From: Octopus sinensis
Lineage: Eukaryota
Reading direction: 5' to 3'
DNA: 64,000 nt
Assembly (NCBI RefSeq): GCF_006345805.1
Contig: NC_043006.1
Coordinates: 100,502,001-100,566,000 of the forward strand
The notes below the pieces were generated by a model. The model made no database searches. It worked only from the letters and a program-made list of their open reading frames with translations, and was not told the DNA's origin. A program made the translations under genes and the position numbers. Shown one piece after another: positions 62,700-64,000 of this stretch; the stretch's first letter is position 1, and each line of letters opens with the position of its first letter.

Positions 62700-63010
62700 T
62701 ATCTACTGAGTCACCTAAAACAATTTGGCACCGAGTCGGCTACGACGTCGAGAATTTCAGTTGATATGCTCAGTGGACCAGCCTGCTTGTGAAAGTAACG
62801 TTCAAGTGGCTGAGCACTCTTGTACCCATAACGAAGAGTTCAGGGAGATTTGGAATAACACAGAATGCTACAAGCACGAATTACTTTTGCCACCTGAGGG
62901 AACTGAAGCAACGTGAAATATAGTATCCTGTGCAATAACATAACATACCTCCAGAAATCGAACTTATGACCGTAAGCTGAATACCCTGGTCACTAAGCTA
63001 CGCGATTTCA
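62700..63010 (-). mobile_element. Old SINE remnant
   Basis: The minus strand begins with a tRNA-like head (CGTAGCTTAGTGACCAGGG...GTTCGATTTC); the body resembles a degenerate block near 34655-34740. Confidence 0.45.
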
Positions 63011-63423
63011 GCCTAAAACAATTAGTGAATATATGGGTGTTGTAACCAAACGTATTCGTGTCTGAGTGACGGCTACCTGTAATGTTTTCTTTTTTTCTTT
63101 TTATTTCTGGTTACTTTGGGACGTCAAGAACAAATTTTCTTCAACGCAGATACGGTGTAGTCAGTGACATATCAGCTGCTGGTATTTTTGTTACGTCTAT
63201 ATATATTTTATCGATTCATTCTTTTCAGGTTTCGTACATTCAGGTACCTGGTTAGATCTACACGTTTTCTATATTCAAATGCCCAAAGAGCAGCTTTACG
63301 TTTTCATTCCCCAACAAGACCGATAAAATAAAGAAGCTGTAAAATATGCAAGTCAATTCAGTCAACCCACCACATCACTTTTAAAAATATTGCCCTGTGT
63401 CTAACACACACACACGTACAGAC

Positions 63424-63539
63424 TATATATATAATACTATATATATATATATATATTATATATATATAATATATATATATATACATATAACTATTGCCGA
63501 AGATATGGAAGCAAAAATACAAGAATATCGACATACTAT

Positions 63540-63571
<32 letters not shown>

Positions 63572-63590
63572 TATATATTCACTTATATGA

Positions 63591-63647
<57 letters not shown>

Positions 63648-63651
63648 ATAT

Positions 63652-63687
<36 letters not shown>

Positions 63688-63710
63688 TATGTATGTATGT
63701 ATGTATGTGT
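63424..63710. repeat. (TA)n-rich compound microsatellite
   Basis: Direct reading. Confidence 0.93.
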
Positions 63711-64000
63711 TATGTATGTCGATATTCTTATTTTTGCCTCCATATCTTCGGCAATAGTTTTCTAATAGAGTATCTATAACTATAAACTACAAAACATACA
63801 ACAACATTCTGCCTGAAGCATACGCATATGTTACATGTCACCTCTTCTCACCTCGACTTTTTCACCTTGAATCTCTGCATAACCTTATAGATCTCATAAT
63901 ACTACTTATCTCACCTGAATATGAAAGTCAGAAAAAATACTTTTCCGACTTTTCCTCTCTATCTGTCCTCCACACCTTCTTGCTCTCTTTCTGTTTCTCT

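Overview
AT-rich, repeat-saturated animal genomic DNA with one 100-N scaffold gap (12516-12615). The three recurring tRNA-headed SINE families and the microsatellite load suggest an octopus genome; this is inference from remembered repeat families, not a search. I cannot support any intact host gene: nearly every ORF in the track is a translated microsatellite or a transposon relic. The best coding feature is a young, 5'-truncated CR1-type LINE (51916-53895) whose RT is broken by one apparent 1-nt deletion. Other mobile DNA includes R4/Dong-type REL retroposon fragments in (TAA)n arrays, Tx1/L1-type and RTE fragments, two mariner relics, a hAT-like MITE, Penelope-type terminal repeats, and about 25 SINE copies. 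The most interesting signals are non-coding: (1) a 65-bp-arm palindrome with a minimal hammerhead-like fold in each arm, plus two more hammerhead-like motifs elsewhere; (2) a 3' stem-loop shared by the CR1 LINE and a SINE family with compensatory base changes; (3) a 127-bp direct repeat flanking a SINE; (4) two more long fold-back palindromes beside (TA)n arrays; (5) a possible decayed LRR/7TM GPCR gene. All translations and pairings were done by eye, and repeat boundaries are approximate unless termini are quoted. I found no clear new protein-coding system.
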